Of a DNA stretch of 64,000 nucleotides, positions 31,255 through 42,252 are shown in pieces. Location: assembly GCA_963674745.2 (NCBI GenBank), contig CAXXDV010000003.1, positions 1,408,001 to 1,472,000 of the forward strand, read 5' to 3'. Under the pieces are notes generated by a model. That model did not search any database and was not told the DNA's origin. It worked only from the letters and a program-made list of their open reading frames with translations. Made by a program: the position numbers and the translations under genes. Numbering within the stretch: the first letter of the stretch is position 1; each line of letters opens with the position of its first letter. The DNA is from Desulfosudaceae bacterium (lineage in GTDB: Bacteria; Desulfobacterota; Desulfobacteria; Desulfobacterales; Desulfosudaceae).

Positions 31255-34200
31255 ATGAACAATATGGCGCTCAATTTGGCGCTCGTTCACGATAAAACCC
31301 ATTCATTCGGCGATTTCCGCAGATTGTTTTTAAAAATCTTTTTTGTTTTTCCTGTTGTGTTTTTTTTATTCGTTCTGACAGGCCTGGCCGAAGACACAAC
31401 TATCGGGAAATTATATGATTTCCAGGGCCGGGTAAGTATCTCGAAAAATAACGGCCAATCCTTTCTTCCGGCTGAAAAAGAAGCCGGGCTGCACGAAGGG
31501 AATATTGTCAGGACCGGGCCTAAAAGCCGCGCGTTTATTCTTCTGGCTGATCAGAGCCTGATGACACTGGCCGAACAGAGTGAAGTTGCCTTAACCCGAG
31601 TGATGATTTCCGGCAATACCGGTTGGGGCCAGATGATCAACACCGCCCTGACCAGAGCCGTTTATTCAGCCTACAAACTGTTCAACGGGAAAATGCGCAT
31701 ACGCGCCTTTTATGCCATGGATATTGAGACCCCGACATCGGTAATCGGCGTTCGAGGCACCGAATTCGGCCTGGAAGTCACGCCAACCGGCGATACCATG
31801 CTGGCCATGCTGGAAGGAAGCGCCAGAATGTCAAACGACTATGGTTCGGTAATGGTCAATTCCGGTGAACAGGGCATGGCTGAAAAGGGTAAGGCACCTG
31901 TCAAACGGATTCTGGTAAACCCGGCGGATGCCGTGCAATGGTCCCTTCACTACCCGGTTGCACCTTATTTAAAAGACTATGCCCTGGTTTCAGGCAACCG
32001 TGAAGTACTTGCATCTGAACTTGAAAAAATCGACCGGCTGCTGGCAGACCAGCCCGGCAGCCTGACGCTGTTGATAAAAAAAGGCCGGATTCTTTATGAT
32101 CTGGACGTCGTCGATGAGGCGCAAACGATATTTAAGCAGATGCTCAAGAAGAAGGCCATGAGCTTCCAGGCACTGGAAGGATTGGGATGGTGTTCTCTTA
32201 GACAGGACATGCCCGAACAGGCCATCGCGTATTTCAAGCGGATGTCCACTCCGACCGAGTTGTCGATAATCGGTCTGTCCCTGGCATACCAGCGCCTGTC
32301 AAAAACAGAACAGGCACAAAAGATCCTTTTTCAGGCGCTTGACAGAAAACCCATTCGGTCTCACGCACTTATCCTTGCCAGGGCCGCTGAAACAATGCTC
32401 ATGTCCGGCAACCCGGGAAAAGCCCTCGATCTTATACATGAGTCCCTCGCGGAACAGGAAAATGCCCTGGCTTATCGACTGCTGTCAACCATTATGATCG
32501 TACAGAATAAAAATGATGCGGCCCTGTCAGCCGCTCAAAAAGCCGTTGCCCTGAGCCCCTGCTCCAGTGCGGCCCATGTCGACCTGGCCTGGGTCTATCA
32601 GGCCCTGTTTCAACTTGACCGGGCACTGGCGGAAACATCCCGGGCGCTCGCCCTTGACCCGGATAACATCAGGGCGCTGCTGACATACAGCCGGCTGCAA
32701 TTCGGTTTCGGATACCTGGAAATAGCCGAAGACCATGTTGACAGGGTGCTGGCCCGGTCTTCACAAGAACCGGAAGCCTGTACATTAAAAGGCTTTCTCT
32801 GCCTGGCCAGGCGGCAGACGGATAAAGCCATGAACTGGTTCAACAAGGCCCGTGATCTTGACAGCGGGCAGTCCCGTCCTCACCTTGGCCTGGGAATCGC
32901 CTTAATCCGTCAGGGGGAAACCCCTGAGGGTATACAGGAAATGCTCATTGCCGCCCTGCTCTCTCCCAATGAGTCGCTTAATTTCAGTTATCTGGGCAAG
33001 GCCCTGTATCAAAACGGCGATTTCAAAGGCGCTGAAAAAACCCTGATCCGGGCCAAACAGCTTGATCCCAATGACCCGTCACCATACCTTTATGCCGGGA
33101 TCATGAAGACCGATTTAAACCAGGTGGCTGACGGCATCCGTGAACTGGAAAAAGCCGTGGCGCTGAACGACAACCGGGCCGTATACCGGTCCCGCTTTCT
33201 TCTGGACCAGGATCGGGCGGTTAAAAATGTAGACCTGGCAAGGACTTACGCCTCCCTGGGTTTGTCCGCCATGGCCCGGAACCGGGCCCTTCTGTCTTTA
33301 AAAGACGATCCCAACAACAGCGCCGGCCACCTGTTTATGGCCCGGTCCCTGATCTTTGAGAACGATCGCGGTGAAGCCGGTGCCAGCGAACTGCTGAAAT
33401 TTTATCTGCTGCAGCCGGTCAACAAAAACTCGTTTAACACGTTCAACGATTACACCTCTTTTTTCGAGAAACCAGATCTGAACATCGGTCTGGATATATT
33501 CGGCGGTAATCACGGCACCGGAGATTATATGGCGGATTTTACCGGCAGTCGGCATAATATCGCCGGCCGTCAGCTTTTTCAGTATTACACCACTGATGGC
33601 TACCGGGACGATAATTTTAACCGCTACGCGTTAAGTCACACGGTTTTGAAATTTCAGCTCGGCCTGAATCATGATTTTCTCTTACTGGCCGAGACTTCCG
33701 ATGGTAAAAACGGCGACCGCTTCGATGATGCCATGGCCGATGCCGTGATGGATCCGGACTACACCGGCGAAAACACCATCTCCAGGATGACGCTGGGTTA
33801 TCATGCCCGACTGTCGCCGGGGTCCGACGTCATGGTCGTGGCCCAGAAACACTCCAAAAAGAGCGACACTTTCGACGGCCCGGAAAACGAAAACTGGTCA
33901 TTGGATTTTTTGGGTGATGAGTTCTGGCTGGTTGAACCGGCCGGCACTGATGGCGACTGGGAGGATCATGTATGGCAGTTGTCGGCAGTGCATCAGCTTT
34001 CCCTGGGCAGCCACAAAATCGCCTATGGCGCGGAATATTTTAACAGCCGCAGTAAATATTCATCGTTATCGATAAAAAATTATTCTCTGCTGTATTACCC
34101 GGAACTTAGCTATATAGCCGTTGAAGAGCCGTACCGGGGACGCATCAAGCCTGAATACTACGCCTTTTTTTTACATGACACCTGGCACATCCTCCCGCAA

Positions 34201-35022
34201 TTAATGCTGGACGCCGGTCTTTTTTACGAGGATGCCAAAACCGGTCTGGTACCGCCGATACTTTCTTCAAACACGTTTGACAGCGACCACCTCAGTCCCC
34301 GCATCGGCTTGATTTACAGTCCCGCAAGGCGCCATACCTTCCGTCTGGGATATTATCAATATCTGCAGAACATCTCGATTGCCCTGGAGAGGCTGCAACC
34401 CACCGATGTGGCCGGGTTTACGATCGGCCATAACGCCCTGCCCGGATCCATGCACAAAGAAGTAGCGGTTGCCTGGGATGTGCAGATCAGCGACCGGTCA
34501 CATTTCAGCACCCGTGTTTTTAATCGTAAGCGACAGGAAAAGATGGATACCCTGTTTACCGATGAATTTGTCACCAAGACCCGTCGTTTCTATGGCGTGG
34601 AAGCCGAATGGAACCGGATGTTCCTTTCCTTCTTCGGCCTTAATCTGTCCTGCGCTTACATCCAAAACCGGGAGGAGGCATTCGATATCGGTTACCTTGT
34701 CAACCCCAAAAGACGAAGAGACGATTATCTGGTCCGACTGGCCTTTTACTTTCATCACCCCACCGGCTGGAAGGCAAGCCTCGAACTGTCACATATAAAC
34801 CAGGAGCTCAAAGACGCGGATGAATATGAAGTTGAAGAGCCCTCTTCCTTTGAGTTGGTAAATCTCAGCGTCAGCAAAGAGCTTTTAAACAAGCGGATGT
34901 CCCTCGGGATGGACGTCAACAACCTGTTTGACAAGGAATTTAACCTGATCACCGATTACCTTCAAACGGATTCACCCATTCCGGCAAGAGAGATCCTGTT
35001 TAAATTGAGTTGTATTTTTTAA
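31255..35022 (+). CDS. FecR-TPR-TonB-dependent-receptor-like beta-barrel fusion protein
   Basis: VRTGPKSRA, IETPTSVIGVRGTEF (FecR); many TPRs; LNDNRAVYRSRFLLDQD; SPRIGL and VNNLFD barrel motifs; terminal F. Confidence 0.88.
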   Translation: MNNMALNLALVHDKTHSFGDFRRLFLKIFFVFPVVFFLFVLTGLAEDTTIGKLYDFQGRVSISKNNGQSFLPAEKEAGLHEGNIVRTGPKSRAFILLADQSLMTLAEQSEVALTRVMISGNTGWGQMINTALTRAVYSAYKLFNGKMRIRAFYAMDIETPTSVIGVRGTEFGLEVTPTGDTMLAMLEGSARMSNDYGSVMVNSGEQGMAEKGKAPVKRILVNPADAVQWSLHYPVAPYLKDYALVSGNREVLASELEKIDRLLADQPGSLTLLIKKGRILYDLDVVDEAQTIFKQMLKKKAMSFQALEGLGWCSLRQDMPEQAIAYFKRMSTPTELSIIGLSLAYQRLSKTEQAQKILFQALDRKPIRSHALILARAAETMLMSGNPGKALDLIHESLAEQENALAYRLLSTIMIVQNKNDAALSAAQKAVALSPCSSAAHVDLAWVYQALFQLDRALAETSRALALDPDNIRALLTYSRLQFGFGYLEIAEDHVDRVLARSSQEPEACTLKGFLCLARRQTDKAMNWFNKARDLDSGQSRPHLGLGIALIRQGETPEGIQEMLIAALLSPNESLNFSYLGKALYQNGDFKGAEKTLIRAKQLDPNDPSPYLYAGIMKTDLNQVADGIRELEKAVALNDNRAVYRSRFLLDQDRAVKNVDLARTYASLGLSAMARNRALLSLKDDPNNSAGHLFMARSLIFENDRGEAGASELLKFYLLQPVNKNSFNTFNDYTSFFEKPDLNIGLDIFGGNHGTGDYMADFTGSRHNIAGRQLFQYYTTDGYRDDNFNRYALSHTVLKFQLGLNHDFLLLAETSDGKNGDRFDDAMADAVMDPDYTGENTISRMTLGYHARLSPGSDVMVVAQKHSKKSDTFDGPENENWSLDFLGDEFWLVEPAGTDGDWEDHVWQLSAVHQLSLGSHKIAYGAEYFNSRSKYSSLSIKNYSLLYYPELSYIAVEEPYRGRIKPEYYAFFLHDTWHILPQLMLDAGLFYEDAKTGLVPPILSSNTFDSDHLSPRIGLIYSPARRHTFRLGYYQYLQNISIALERLQPTDVAGFTIGHNALPGSMHKEVAVAWDVQISDRSHFSTRVFNRKRQEKMDTLFTDEFVTKTRRFYGVEAEWNRMFLSFFGLNLSCAYIQNREEAFDIGYLVNPKRRRDDYLVRLAFYFHHPTGWKASLELSHINQELKDADEYEVEEPSSFELVNLSVSKELLNKRMSLGMDVNNLFDKEFNLITDYLQTDSPIPAREILFKLSCIF

Positions 35023-35030
35023 CCGGCCGC

Positions 35031-37526
35031 TTAATATTCCCCGGCTGAAATCTTTTTGACAAAAGCTTCGGTTATCTCGTCACGGGCTTTACGATGGGCA
35101 ACATTCTTATGGCTGCCGGTAATCACGATCATCAAAGCCGGCGCCAGGATAAAATCAGCCAGCAAAGCGAACATAATGGCCATGGCGGTAAAAATACCAA
35201 ACCGGATGGTGTGGGACAGGTGAGCGAAAACAGTTACAATAAACCCGAGGCTGAGCACGATGGAGGTTACCATCATGGCCCGCCCCACGCCGGACAGGGT
35301 GATATTCACGGCCGCGTAGGCATTGCCGGTTTTCAGGTAATATTTTCGGAAATTGTAAATAAAATGCACGGTATCATCCACCACCAGCCCCATGGCGATA
35401 CTGGCGATCATCAGCGAAGTCATATCCAGGGGCACATCGATCGCACCCATAATACCCAGTGTCATCAGAATGGGCAGCACATTGGGAATCATGGAAAACA
35501 GGCCGGTTTTCACTTCGCCCACCAGCAGGATCATCATTACGGCAATGATAACAAACGCCAGAAGATAACTCCTGGTCATGCTGCCCAGGGCCGCGGATAT
35601 GGTCCGGGCCAGCAAGGCCGACATACCGGTGATATGGATTTCGGCCCGGTCTTTGAACATAATACCCAGATATTGATTCAGGTAGCCGACAAACTCATTC
35701 ACATAAACCGAATCCACCCAAAGGATTTTAACGGTTACCCGTGTTTTGGAAAACTGCGAATCCACGATGGTTTCCAGGTCGTCCGACCCTGAATTTTCAA
35801 ACAGCAAAAACTCCTGAGCAATGGTGTTGTAATCCTGTGGAACACGGTAAAAATCCGTCTTGTTTTCGTTTAAGGCCTGATGGGTTTCCTTGAGGATATC
35901 GTTAATGCTGCCGACATGACCGATGGTGATATGGGGGAAGTCCAAGCGTTCCAGGTCCACTGTCAATCGTTCGATGCGGTTTAAAATATCCGGGTCATAA
36001 ATGCCGTTTTCCCGGCCGGTATCGATGATAATTTCGATGTTCAAGGCACCGTTCAAGCGGTCGTTTACCACTTCGATATCATGACGTATCCTCATGGATT
36101 TGGGGAAATAACTGAGCACGTAATCGGAATATCGAAGGTCAAAAAGAAAATAAAGACTGATGGCAAAGGCCACAAGACTGACGATGATAATGCGAATGGG
36201 ATAACGGGTGGAAAATCGCGCCGCCCAGTTCAGAAAAATATCCATCACCGTCCGATGGACTTCCGGTTTTACGGTTTTCGGTACCCTGGGCTTGACCGGT
36301 ACCAGGGCGACCATGGCGGGCAGCATGATGACCGTGTACAGCAACGCCATCACCACTCCGGCAGCCGCGAAAAAGCCCAGCTCTCCCATGGCGGTCAGTT
36401 CGGCTGTGGCAAAGGAAAGCAGGGCCGCCGCCGTGGTCAGGGTCGTCAGCACCACGGCCAGGCCGGAATGGCCCATGGCATAGGCAATGGCGTCTTTTTT
36501 ATTGTGTCCCCGGTCTATCTGCTTATAAAAAATAGACAGAATATGAACGGAATCGGCCACGCCAACGGCCAGCAGAAAGGCCGGCAGCACCGTGGTGGTC
36601 ATTTTTACGGAAACACCGGTCCAGCCCATGAGCGACAGGGCTGAAAAAGAGGCCGCATTGACGATTACCTGTGGCAGCAGCACACCGGAAATCCGGCGGA
36701 ACATCAGCGCCAGAAAAATCATGATCACAGCAAAACTGAGTCCAAAGCACAGCTTCAGATCTTTCATGGTATACTGGTTGAAAACCGACATGATGACCGG
36801 CGCGCCGGTAAACGCCAGAGAAAAATCAGGCGCGTCATATTCATCCATTACCGCTTCGATGGTCTTGACCAGCTCTTCGTTCTGCTCTTCGGATAAATAC
36901 CGCTTTTTTTCAGCGGTTTGGGGTTCCGCAGAAAAGTCGGTATCATCAAAACCGTCCAGCACATCAAGGGTGTCCATAGTTTTGGTATGATAAACTTCAG
37001 GCTTTATCACCACGGCGGTGGTATGACCATCAGAGGAGATGATCTGGTTGCGGTAAAACGGGTTTTCAAGGACCAGTTTTTTCAACGCCGCAAAATCGAC
37101 CTGCCGCTCTTCCGGCCAGCCTTCCATAAGGTCCTCGACAATCAGGCGGTCTTCACTGCCAAGGGTGTGGCGGACATTAATCAGGCTGGTAATTTCATCA
37201 ATATAGGGAACTTTTTCTTCCAGTTCATTGTGAAACGCTTTTAATTTACGAAAAAACGTTTCGGAAAACAGATTATCGCTGGAAATAGCGATGACAACCA
37301 TACGGTCCTGGCCGAACTGTTCGCGGAACTGGTTATAAACCTGCTTATACGGGTCGCTGTCCCGCAACAACTCTTCGGTATTGGTATCTACAACCAGATT
37401 CGGAAGGCCGTAAAAAATCAAACCGATCAGAGAGAACAACAGCACCAGGGTTTTAATCCGGTGGGTATAAAGTGTCCTGGCCAGATTTTCGAAAAACAAC
37501 TCAATGCGATCTTTGATAGGTGACAT
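35031..37526 (-). CDS. MMPL/RND-family transporter
   Basis: AVGVADSVHI, LTTLTTAAALLSF, GLVVDDTVHF, LLADFILAPALM; duplicated TM halves. Confidence 0.92.
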   Translation of the reverse strand: MSPIKDRIELFFENLARTLYTHRIKTLVLLFSLIGLIFYGLPNLVVDTNTEELLRDSDPYKQVYNQFREQFGQDRMVVIAISSDNLFSETFFRKLKAFHNELEEKVPYIDEITSLINVRHTLGSEDRLIVEDLMEGWPEERQVDFAALKKLVLENPFYRNQIISSDGHTTAVVIKPEVYHTKTMDTLDVLDGFDDTDFSAEPQTAEKKRYLSEEQNEELVKTIEAVMDEYDAPDFSLAFTGAPVIMSVFNQYTMKDLKLCFGLSFAVIMIFLALMFRRISGVLLPQVIVNAASFSALSLMGWTGVSVKMTTTVLPAFLLAVGVADSVHILSIFYKQIDRGHNKKDAIAYAMGHSGLAVVLTTLTTAAALLSFATAELTAMGELGFFAAAGVVMALLYTVIMLPAMVALVPVKPRVPKTVKPEVHRTVMDIFLNWAARFSTRYPIRIIIVSLVAFAISLYFLFDLRYSDYVLSYFPKSMRIRHDIEVVNDRLNGALNIEIIIDTGRENGIYDPDILNRIERLTVDLERLDFPHITIGHVGSINDILKETHQALNENKTDFYRVPQDYNTIAQEFLLFENSGSDDLETIVDSQFSKTRVTVKILWVDSVYVNEFVGYLNQYLGIMFKDRAEIHITGMSALLARTISAALGSMTRSYLLAFVIIAVMMILLVGEVKTGLFSMIPNVLPILMTLGIMGAIDVPLDMTSLMIASIAMGLVVDDTVHFIYNFRKYYLKTGNAYAAVNITLSGVGRAMMVTSIVLSLGFIVTVFAHLSHTIRFGIFTAMAIMFALLADFILAPALMIVITGSHKNVAHRKARDEITEAFVKKISAGEY

Positions 37527-37612
37527 CTTTGCCCGTAACCCTCTTTATTTAGTACGTCTTCTACATCCGTAAAAATGTAGATATAGACGATGGGGTCGAA
37601 AAAGGCAAGGGA

Positions 37613-37775
37613 GATTATGTGGTTATGTGTTTAAGTGATTATGTGTTTATGTGGTTAAGTTGCAGCAGGCTTGGAGTTGGGGTGATGGGCCGCTGCCTAA
37701 ATAGCACCCATGTGAGGGGCGACCGGCGGGTCGCCCCCTAAAACCCCAAACTTCGAACCCTGAACTTCAAACCTC
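37613..37775. repeat. G/T octamer arm, REP-like hairpin and A/C heptamer arm
   Basis: 37613-37660 gattatgtggttatgtgtttaagtgattatgtgtttatgtggttaagt; 37715-37740 AGGGGCGACCGGCGGGTCGCCCCCTA; 37741-37775 aaacccc aaacttc gaaccct gaacttc aaacctc. Confidence 0.85.
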
Positions 37776-37780
37776 TATTC

Positions 37781-37816
37781 TTGCTATTTTGACATATTTT
37801 CTGATATAATTATAAA
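37781..37816 (+). promoter_or_regulatory. Putative sigma70 promoter for the crotonase-GRE operon
   Basis: TTGCTA-18-TATAAT with extended TG (37802-37810); an overlapping TTGACA-16-TATAAA is also present. Confidence 0.55.
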
Positions 37817-37846
37817 AATTTACGTTTTCCAATCTCCGGAGGCGCT

Positions 37847-38662
37847 ATGACAACAGAAGGGATCCTGCTGGAAAGAAAAGGCCATATTGCGGTGGTCACG
37901 GTCAACCGGCCGTCACGGCTCAACGCCTTTAACCGCTTAATGCTTGAGGAACTAGAGCGGGTGACCGCTGAACTGAAAAAGCGACTGCCCCGGGTCATTA
38001 TCATTACCGGGGCCGGTGACAAGGCCTTCAGTGCCGGATTTGATGTCAACCCCGACAACCCGCTGTTAATGGAGCTGTACGATGCCATGGGCAAAAGCGA
38101 CCGGCCGGCAATCGTCAGCGGTATGAAGTTTGTGATTGATACGGTTGGTAACTTCGTCTCCCTGCCGGTTCCTATTATCGCCGCCATCAACGGCCTGGCT
38201 TATGGCGGCGGTGCCGAACTGTCCATACGGTGTGACATGCGCGTGATGAACAAAAGCGCCGTAATCTGTATGTCCGAAGTAAAGCTGGGGCTGATGCCCG
38301 ACTGGGGTGGCGGTGCCACCCTGGCCCACCTGATCGGCCCGGCCAGGGCCGCCGACCTGAGTCTTTCGGCCCGGAAAGTTTCGGCCGATGAAGCCCTGTT
38401 GCTCGGTCTGGCCAACCGGGTCTGCGCCGATGACCGCTGCCTGGACGAAGCCTTTGCCCTGGCGGAAACGATTTCCAAAAACGGCCCCAGGGCCGTTCGT
38501 CACGCCCTGTCTGTCATCCGGCAGAGCCGGAACCTGTCTTTAGACAAAACCCTGGAACTGGAGCTGGAAGAAGCAGCAACCCTGGTGGAATCCGGGGAGA
38601 GTGTGCACGGCGTAACAGCCTTTCTGGAAAAAAGGGAAGCGGATTTCCCTGATATTGAGTAA
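37847..38662 (+). CDS. Enoyl-CoA hydratase/isomerase (crotonase) family protein
   Basis: VNRPSRLNAF, FSAGFD, PIIAAINGLAYGGGAEL, SEVKLGLMPDWGG, AFLEKR. Confidence 0.93.
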   Translation: MTTEGILLERKGHIAVVTVNRPSRLNAFNRLMLEELERVTAELKKRLPRVIIITGAGDKAFSAGFDVNPDNPLLMELYDAMGKSDRPAIVSGMKFVIDTVGNFVSLPVPIIAAINGLAYGGGAELSIRCDMRVMNKSAVICMSEVKLGLMPDWGGGATLAHLIGPARAADLSLSARKVSADEALLLGLANRVCADDRCLDEAFALAETISKNGPRAVRHALSVIRQSRNLSLDKTLELELEEAATLVESGESVHGVTAFLEKREADFPDIE

Positions 38663-38738
38663 GACCGTCCTGTCCACATGTCATTTTCAGCAAGGACCAT
38701 AAGATTTAGTTCGGGTGACAACCTGAGGAGGTAATAAC

Positions 38739-41255
38739 ATGGGAGCAACCGCCGCAAAACAGTTTGAAAAACCTTTAAAACAGCCTGCCCGGTTGTCCGA
38801 CAGGATCACCTGGCTGAGGGATTACTATTTCAAAGGTACGGACAGGGCCTGGAACAACGAGTTCACGGCCTGGTCGACCGGCACCCCCTGGGATAACCAG
38901 TTCAATGAAATGACGTTCTATATTGTTCCCGAGACCTATCCCCTGCTCCGCACCATGGGCGGGTCTTTCCGCCAGGCTGCGCGTACGGTTCCCCTGCCGG
39001 AAAATTTCTGGTCCTGGAGCCTGCCGGAAAGAAGGGCCTGGTTTGTACGGGAAGTGATGGTCAACCAGCTTCCCAAAGAGATCCTTCCCGGTGACCTGAT
39101 CGCCGGTGGACGGTTCAACCTTCAGACATCCATGTGCCTGACAAAAGAAGAGCAGGCCGAATACAACCGGCTGATCAACGGTAAAAACGGCGCCCGGGCC
39201 GCCATGAAGTGGTTTCATGATCATGGCTACGGCAATGCCGGGGCCACCTCGGGCCACCTGGTCCCCGATCATGAACGTATTCTGAAAGTCGGCTGGCAGG
39301 GTGTGGTCGGTGAACTGGGCGCGATATATACCGGCCTGCCCGAAAACGAAAAAAACGGCCCCAGGGGCGAGCAGTTAAGCGCCATGATCACGGCCGCCAA
39401 AATGCCAAAGGAACTGGCCGTCCGATACGCCCGCCTGTGCCGGACCCTGGCGGACGGGGAAAAAGATCCCGACCGGCAACAGGAACTGGAGCAGATGTCC
39501 AGAAACCTGGATAATGTCTCCTGGTACCCCCCGGCCACCTTCTGGGAAGCGGTCCAGGCCCTGTGGCTGAACCACATGCTGGTCATGAGTGATGAAAATT
39601 ATCCAGGACCGGGTGTCTCCTTCGGCCGCATCGACCAGTTCCTTCTGCCCTACTGGCAGAGTTCTCTTGAAAACGGCATGTCCCGGGAATTCGGTAAAGA
39701 AATATTAAAATGCTTCTGGATTCACTGCAACACCGCCTATGATGCCATGATCCGCAACGGGTACCAGGGCATCACCTCGGGTTTCGGGCAGTTGATCACC
39801 CTTTCCGGTCTGGGCAAAGACGGCCAGGACATGACCAACGATCTGACCTTTGCCATTCTGGAGGTCATCGATGAAATGTCCCCCATCCTGGAACCCAAAC
39901 CCAACATCCGGCTTCACCGCAATTCTCCTGAAGAATTGCTGAACAAGGTGGTGGACATGATCGGTTCCAGCCAGGGCGCCCCGTTCCTGCTCAATTTTGA
40001 TGAGCGTTCCATGGCCGGCATGATGCGTGAGGCCCGCCTGGCCGGCCTGGAGCACCTGATCAATGAAAACAACGTGCATGATTACGCGCCTGTGGGCTGC
40101 CTGGAAAACACCATGGTCGGGAATGACCGTTCCGGAACAGTCGACAACAACCTCAACCTGCTCAAGGCCGTGGAGCTGGCCCTGACCGGCGGTAAAGACA
40201 TGCTGGAATTTACCGACCCCATGACCGGCAAAACCGAAAAAATCGCCCAGGACGGCCCCTATACCGGGGATGCCACCAGGTTTGAGACCTGGCAGGATTT
40301 CTGGAATGCCTACCGGGAACAGACCGCCTATATTATTCAACGTTGTGTGGACCTGTATGAGACCACTGAATCCATCCGGGCGCGTTTTTTCCCGACGCCC
40401 TATCTTTCCTGTCTGGTCAGGGGGTGCGCCGAAAAGGGGCTGGATATCACCCGCGGCGGTGCCGAAATCAACTTCACCACCATCGAGGCGGTCACTTTTG
40501 CCACCACGGTGGATTCGCTGCTGGCTGTCAGGTACCTGGTGTTTGAGGCGGAAAAATGCACCATGGCCGAGCTGATCCGGGCCCTTCAGGCCAACTGGAA
40601 AGGCCACGAAGTCCTGCAGGCACTGGCCAAAAACAGGGCGCCCAAATACGGCCGGGATGACGAGCAGGCCGATGCCATGGCGGAAAAGGTCATGAACCTG
40701 TGGTGTGACGAAACCTGGAAGCATAAAACCCGCGCCACCGGCCGTCAGTTCCGGCCGGGCATGCTCAGCTGGAATTACTGGGCCGGAGACGGCTTTATCA
40801 TGGCGGCCAGTGCCGACGGACGCGAAAAAGGGCAATTTCTGTCCAACGCCATCTGTCCGGTCAACGGTGCCGACATCCACGGCCCCACATCCAACACCAA
40901 CTCGGTGGGCAAGGCGTTGGGCGGCATGAGTGCCGTTGAAGACGGCGACCTGGACGGATATGTCAACCTGCTGCCCAACGGTGCCAGCCACACCATCTCT
41001 TTTCACCCGGCCATCGTCGCCAGCCCCGGTCACCGGGATAAATTCAAGGCCTTTCTACGGGCTTACGCGCAAAACGGCGGGACCGCCCTGCAGATCAACA
41101 TGGTCGATCCGGAAATGCTCCGTGACGCCCAGAAGCATCCTGAAAATTACAAGCACCTCCTGGTCCGGGTCACCGGTTACAACGCTTATTTTACGGCCGT
41201 GGGCCGGGAACTGCAGAATGAAATCATCGAACGGTTAAGCCATGAACGTTTTTGA
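38739..41255 (+). CDS. Glycyl-radical enzyme (PFL superfamily), substrate unknown
   Basis: TFWEAVQ, SFGRIDQFL, single-Cys loop PVGCLEN (Cys454), ASADGR, LQIN, LVRVTGYNAYF (Gly813). Confidence 0.95.
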   Translation: MGATAAKQFEKPLKQPARLSDRITWLRDYYFKGTDRAWNNEFTAWSTGTPWDNQFNEMTFYIVPETYPLLRTMGGSFRQAARTVPLPENFWSWSLPERRAWFVREVMVNQLPKEILPGDLIAGGRFNLQTSMCLTKEEQAEYNRLINGKNGARAAMKWFHDHGYGNAGATSGHLVPDHERILKVGWQGVVGELGAIYTGLPENEKNGPRGEQLSAMITAAKMPKELAVRYARLCRTLADGEKDPDRQQELEQMSRNLDNVSWYPPATFWEAVQALWLNHMLVMSDENYPGPGVSFGRIDQFLLPYWQSSLENGMSREFGKEILKCFWIHCNTAYDAMIRNGYQGITSGFGQLITLSGLGKDGQDMTNDLTFAILEVIDEMSPILEPKPNIRLHRNSPEELLNKVVDMIGSSQGAPFLLNFDERSMAGMMREARLAGLEHLINENNVHDYAPVGCLENTMVGNDRSGTVDNNLNLLKAVELALTGGKDMLEFTDPMTGKTEKIAQDGPYTGDATRFETWQDFWNAYREQTAYIIQRCVDLYETTESIRARFFPTPYLSCLVRGCAEKGLDITRGGAEINFTTIEAVTFATTVDSLLAVRYLVFEAEKCTMAELIRALQANWKGHEVLQALAKNRAPKYGRDDEQADAMAEKVMNLWCDETWKHKTRATGRQFRPGMLSWNYWAGDGFIMAASADGREKGQFLSNAICPVNGADIHGPTSNTNSVGKALGGMSAVEDGDLDGYVNLLPNGASHTISFHPAIVASPGHRDKFKAFLRAYAQNGGTALQINMVDPEMLRDAQKHPENYKHLLVRVTGYNAYFTAVGRELQNEIIERLSHERF

Positions 41256-42204
41256 GATTCAGCGGTTTTCCACCGAAGACGGGCCCGGCATCCGGACGAC
41301 TGTTTTCTTAAAAGGCTGCCCCCTGCACTGCGAGTGGTGCCATAACCCGGAAAGCATTTCACCCCATCCGGAAGTCGTCTGGTTTGCGACCCGCTGCATC
41401 GGCTGCCGCACCTGCATTGACGTTTGTCCGGAAAAAGCGCTTTTGCTGACCGAACAGGGTATGATCATCGACCGTGACAAATGCAGCCGTTGCGGTAAAT
41501 GCGCCGAAGAATGCCCTTCCACAGCGCTGGAACAGATCGGCACCCGCCGGGATATCAACGCCCTGGTCGAGGAAGTATTAAAAGACAAAACCTATTATGA
41601 AACCTCTGACGGCGGCGTGACCGTATCCGGCGGTGAACCCCTGATGCAGGCCCCTGCCCTGGCCCCCTTTCTGGCAAGACTTAGAGAGCATGGGCTTCAT
41701 ACCGCCCTGGACACCTGCGGGTTGTATCCCCGGGAAAAGCTGGACAGCGTTCTGCCTTATGTCGCCCTGGTTCTGTTTGACATCAAGCTATTCGATGCTG
41801 AGTCACACAGAAAATTCACCGGCAGCGACAATCGCCTCATCCTGGAAAATTTTGCCTATATTGCAGACTATACAGCCGACCACCTCTATCCGACCGGCAT
41901 CTGGGTCAGGACACCGATCATACCCGGCGCCACGGATACTGACAATAATATTACCGCCATCGGACGGCATATCGCCGCCGTCGGTGGTAAAGCGGTTGTC
42001 CGCTGGGAGCTGTGCGCCTTCAACAACCTTTGCGCGGACAAATACCAGCGCCTGGGGCTGGACTGGGCCTATGAAGGACGTGGATGTCTGCCGGTTGAAG
42101 GGATGGAACGCCTGGCCGAAACCGCCCGCAAATCCGGTGTCAATCCGGAAATTGTTGTCTGGAGTGGGGCGACGGATAAGGGAAAGGACATTAATGCAGG
42201 TTAA
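41242..42204 (+). CDS. Glycyl-radical activating enzyme (radical SAM with ferredoxin insert)
   Basis: DGPGIRTTVFLKGCPLHCEWCHNPES; two CxxCxxCxxxCP motifs; GGVTVSGGEP. Confidence 0.95.
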   Translation: MNVFEIQRFSTEDGPGIRTTVFLKGCPLHCEWCHNPESISPHPEVVWFATRCIGCRTCIDVCPEKALLLTEQGMIIDRDKCSRCGKCAEECPSTALEQIGTRRDINALVEEVLKDKTYYETSDGGVTVSGGEPLMQAPALAPFLARLREHGLHTALDTCGLYPREKLDSVLPYVALVLFDIKLFDAESHRKFTGSDNRLILENFAYIADYTADHLYPTGIWVRTPIIPGATDTDNNITAIGRHIAAVGGKAVVRWELCAFNNLCADKYQRLGLDWAYEGRGCLPVEGMERLAETARKSGVNPEIVVWSGATDKGKDINAG

Positions 42205-42252
42205 CATATTGATTTATTTTCTGATTAGCTATAACGCTTAATGGCCATATTA

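Noticed and set aside
39705..41033. 442-aa - strand ORF
   Set aside because: Antisense shadow of the GC-rich GRE gene.
38739..41255. Annotation as pyruvate formate-lyase (pflB)
   Set aside because: Single Cys (GCLE) instead of CC, and the activase has a ferredoxin insert unlike PflA.
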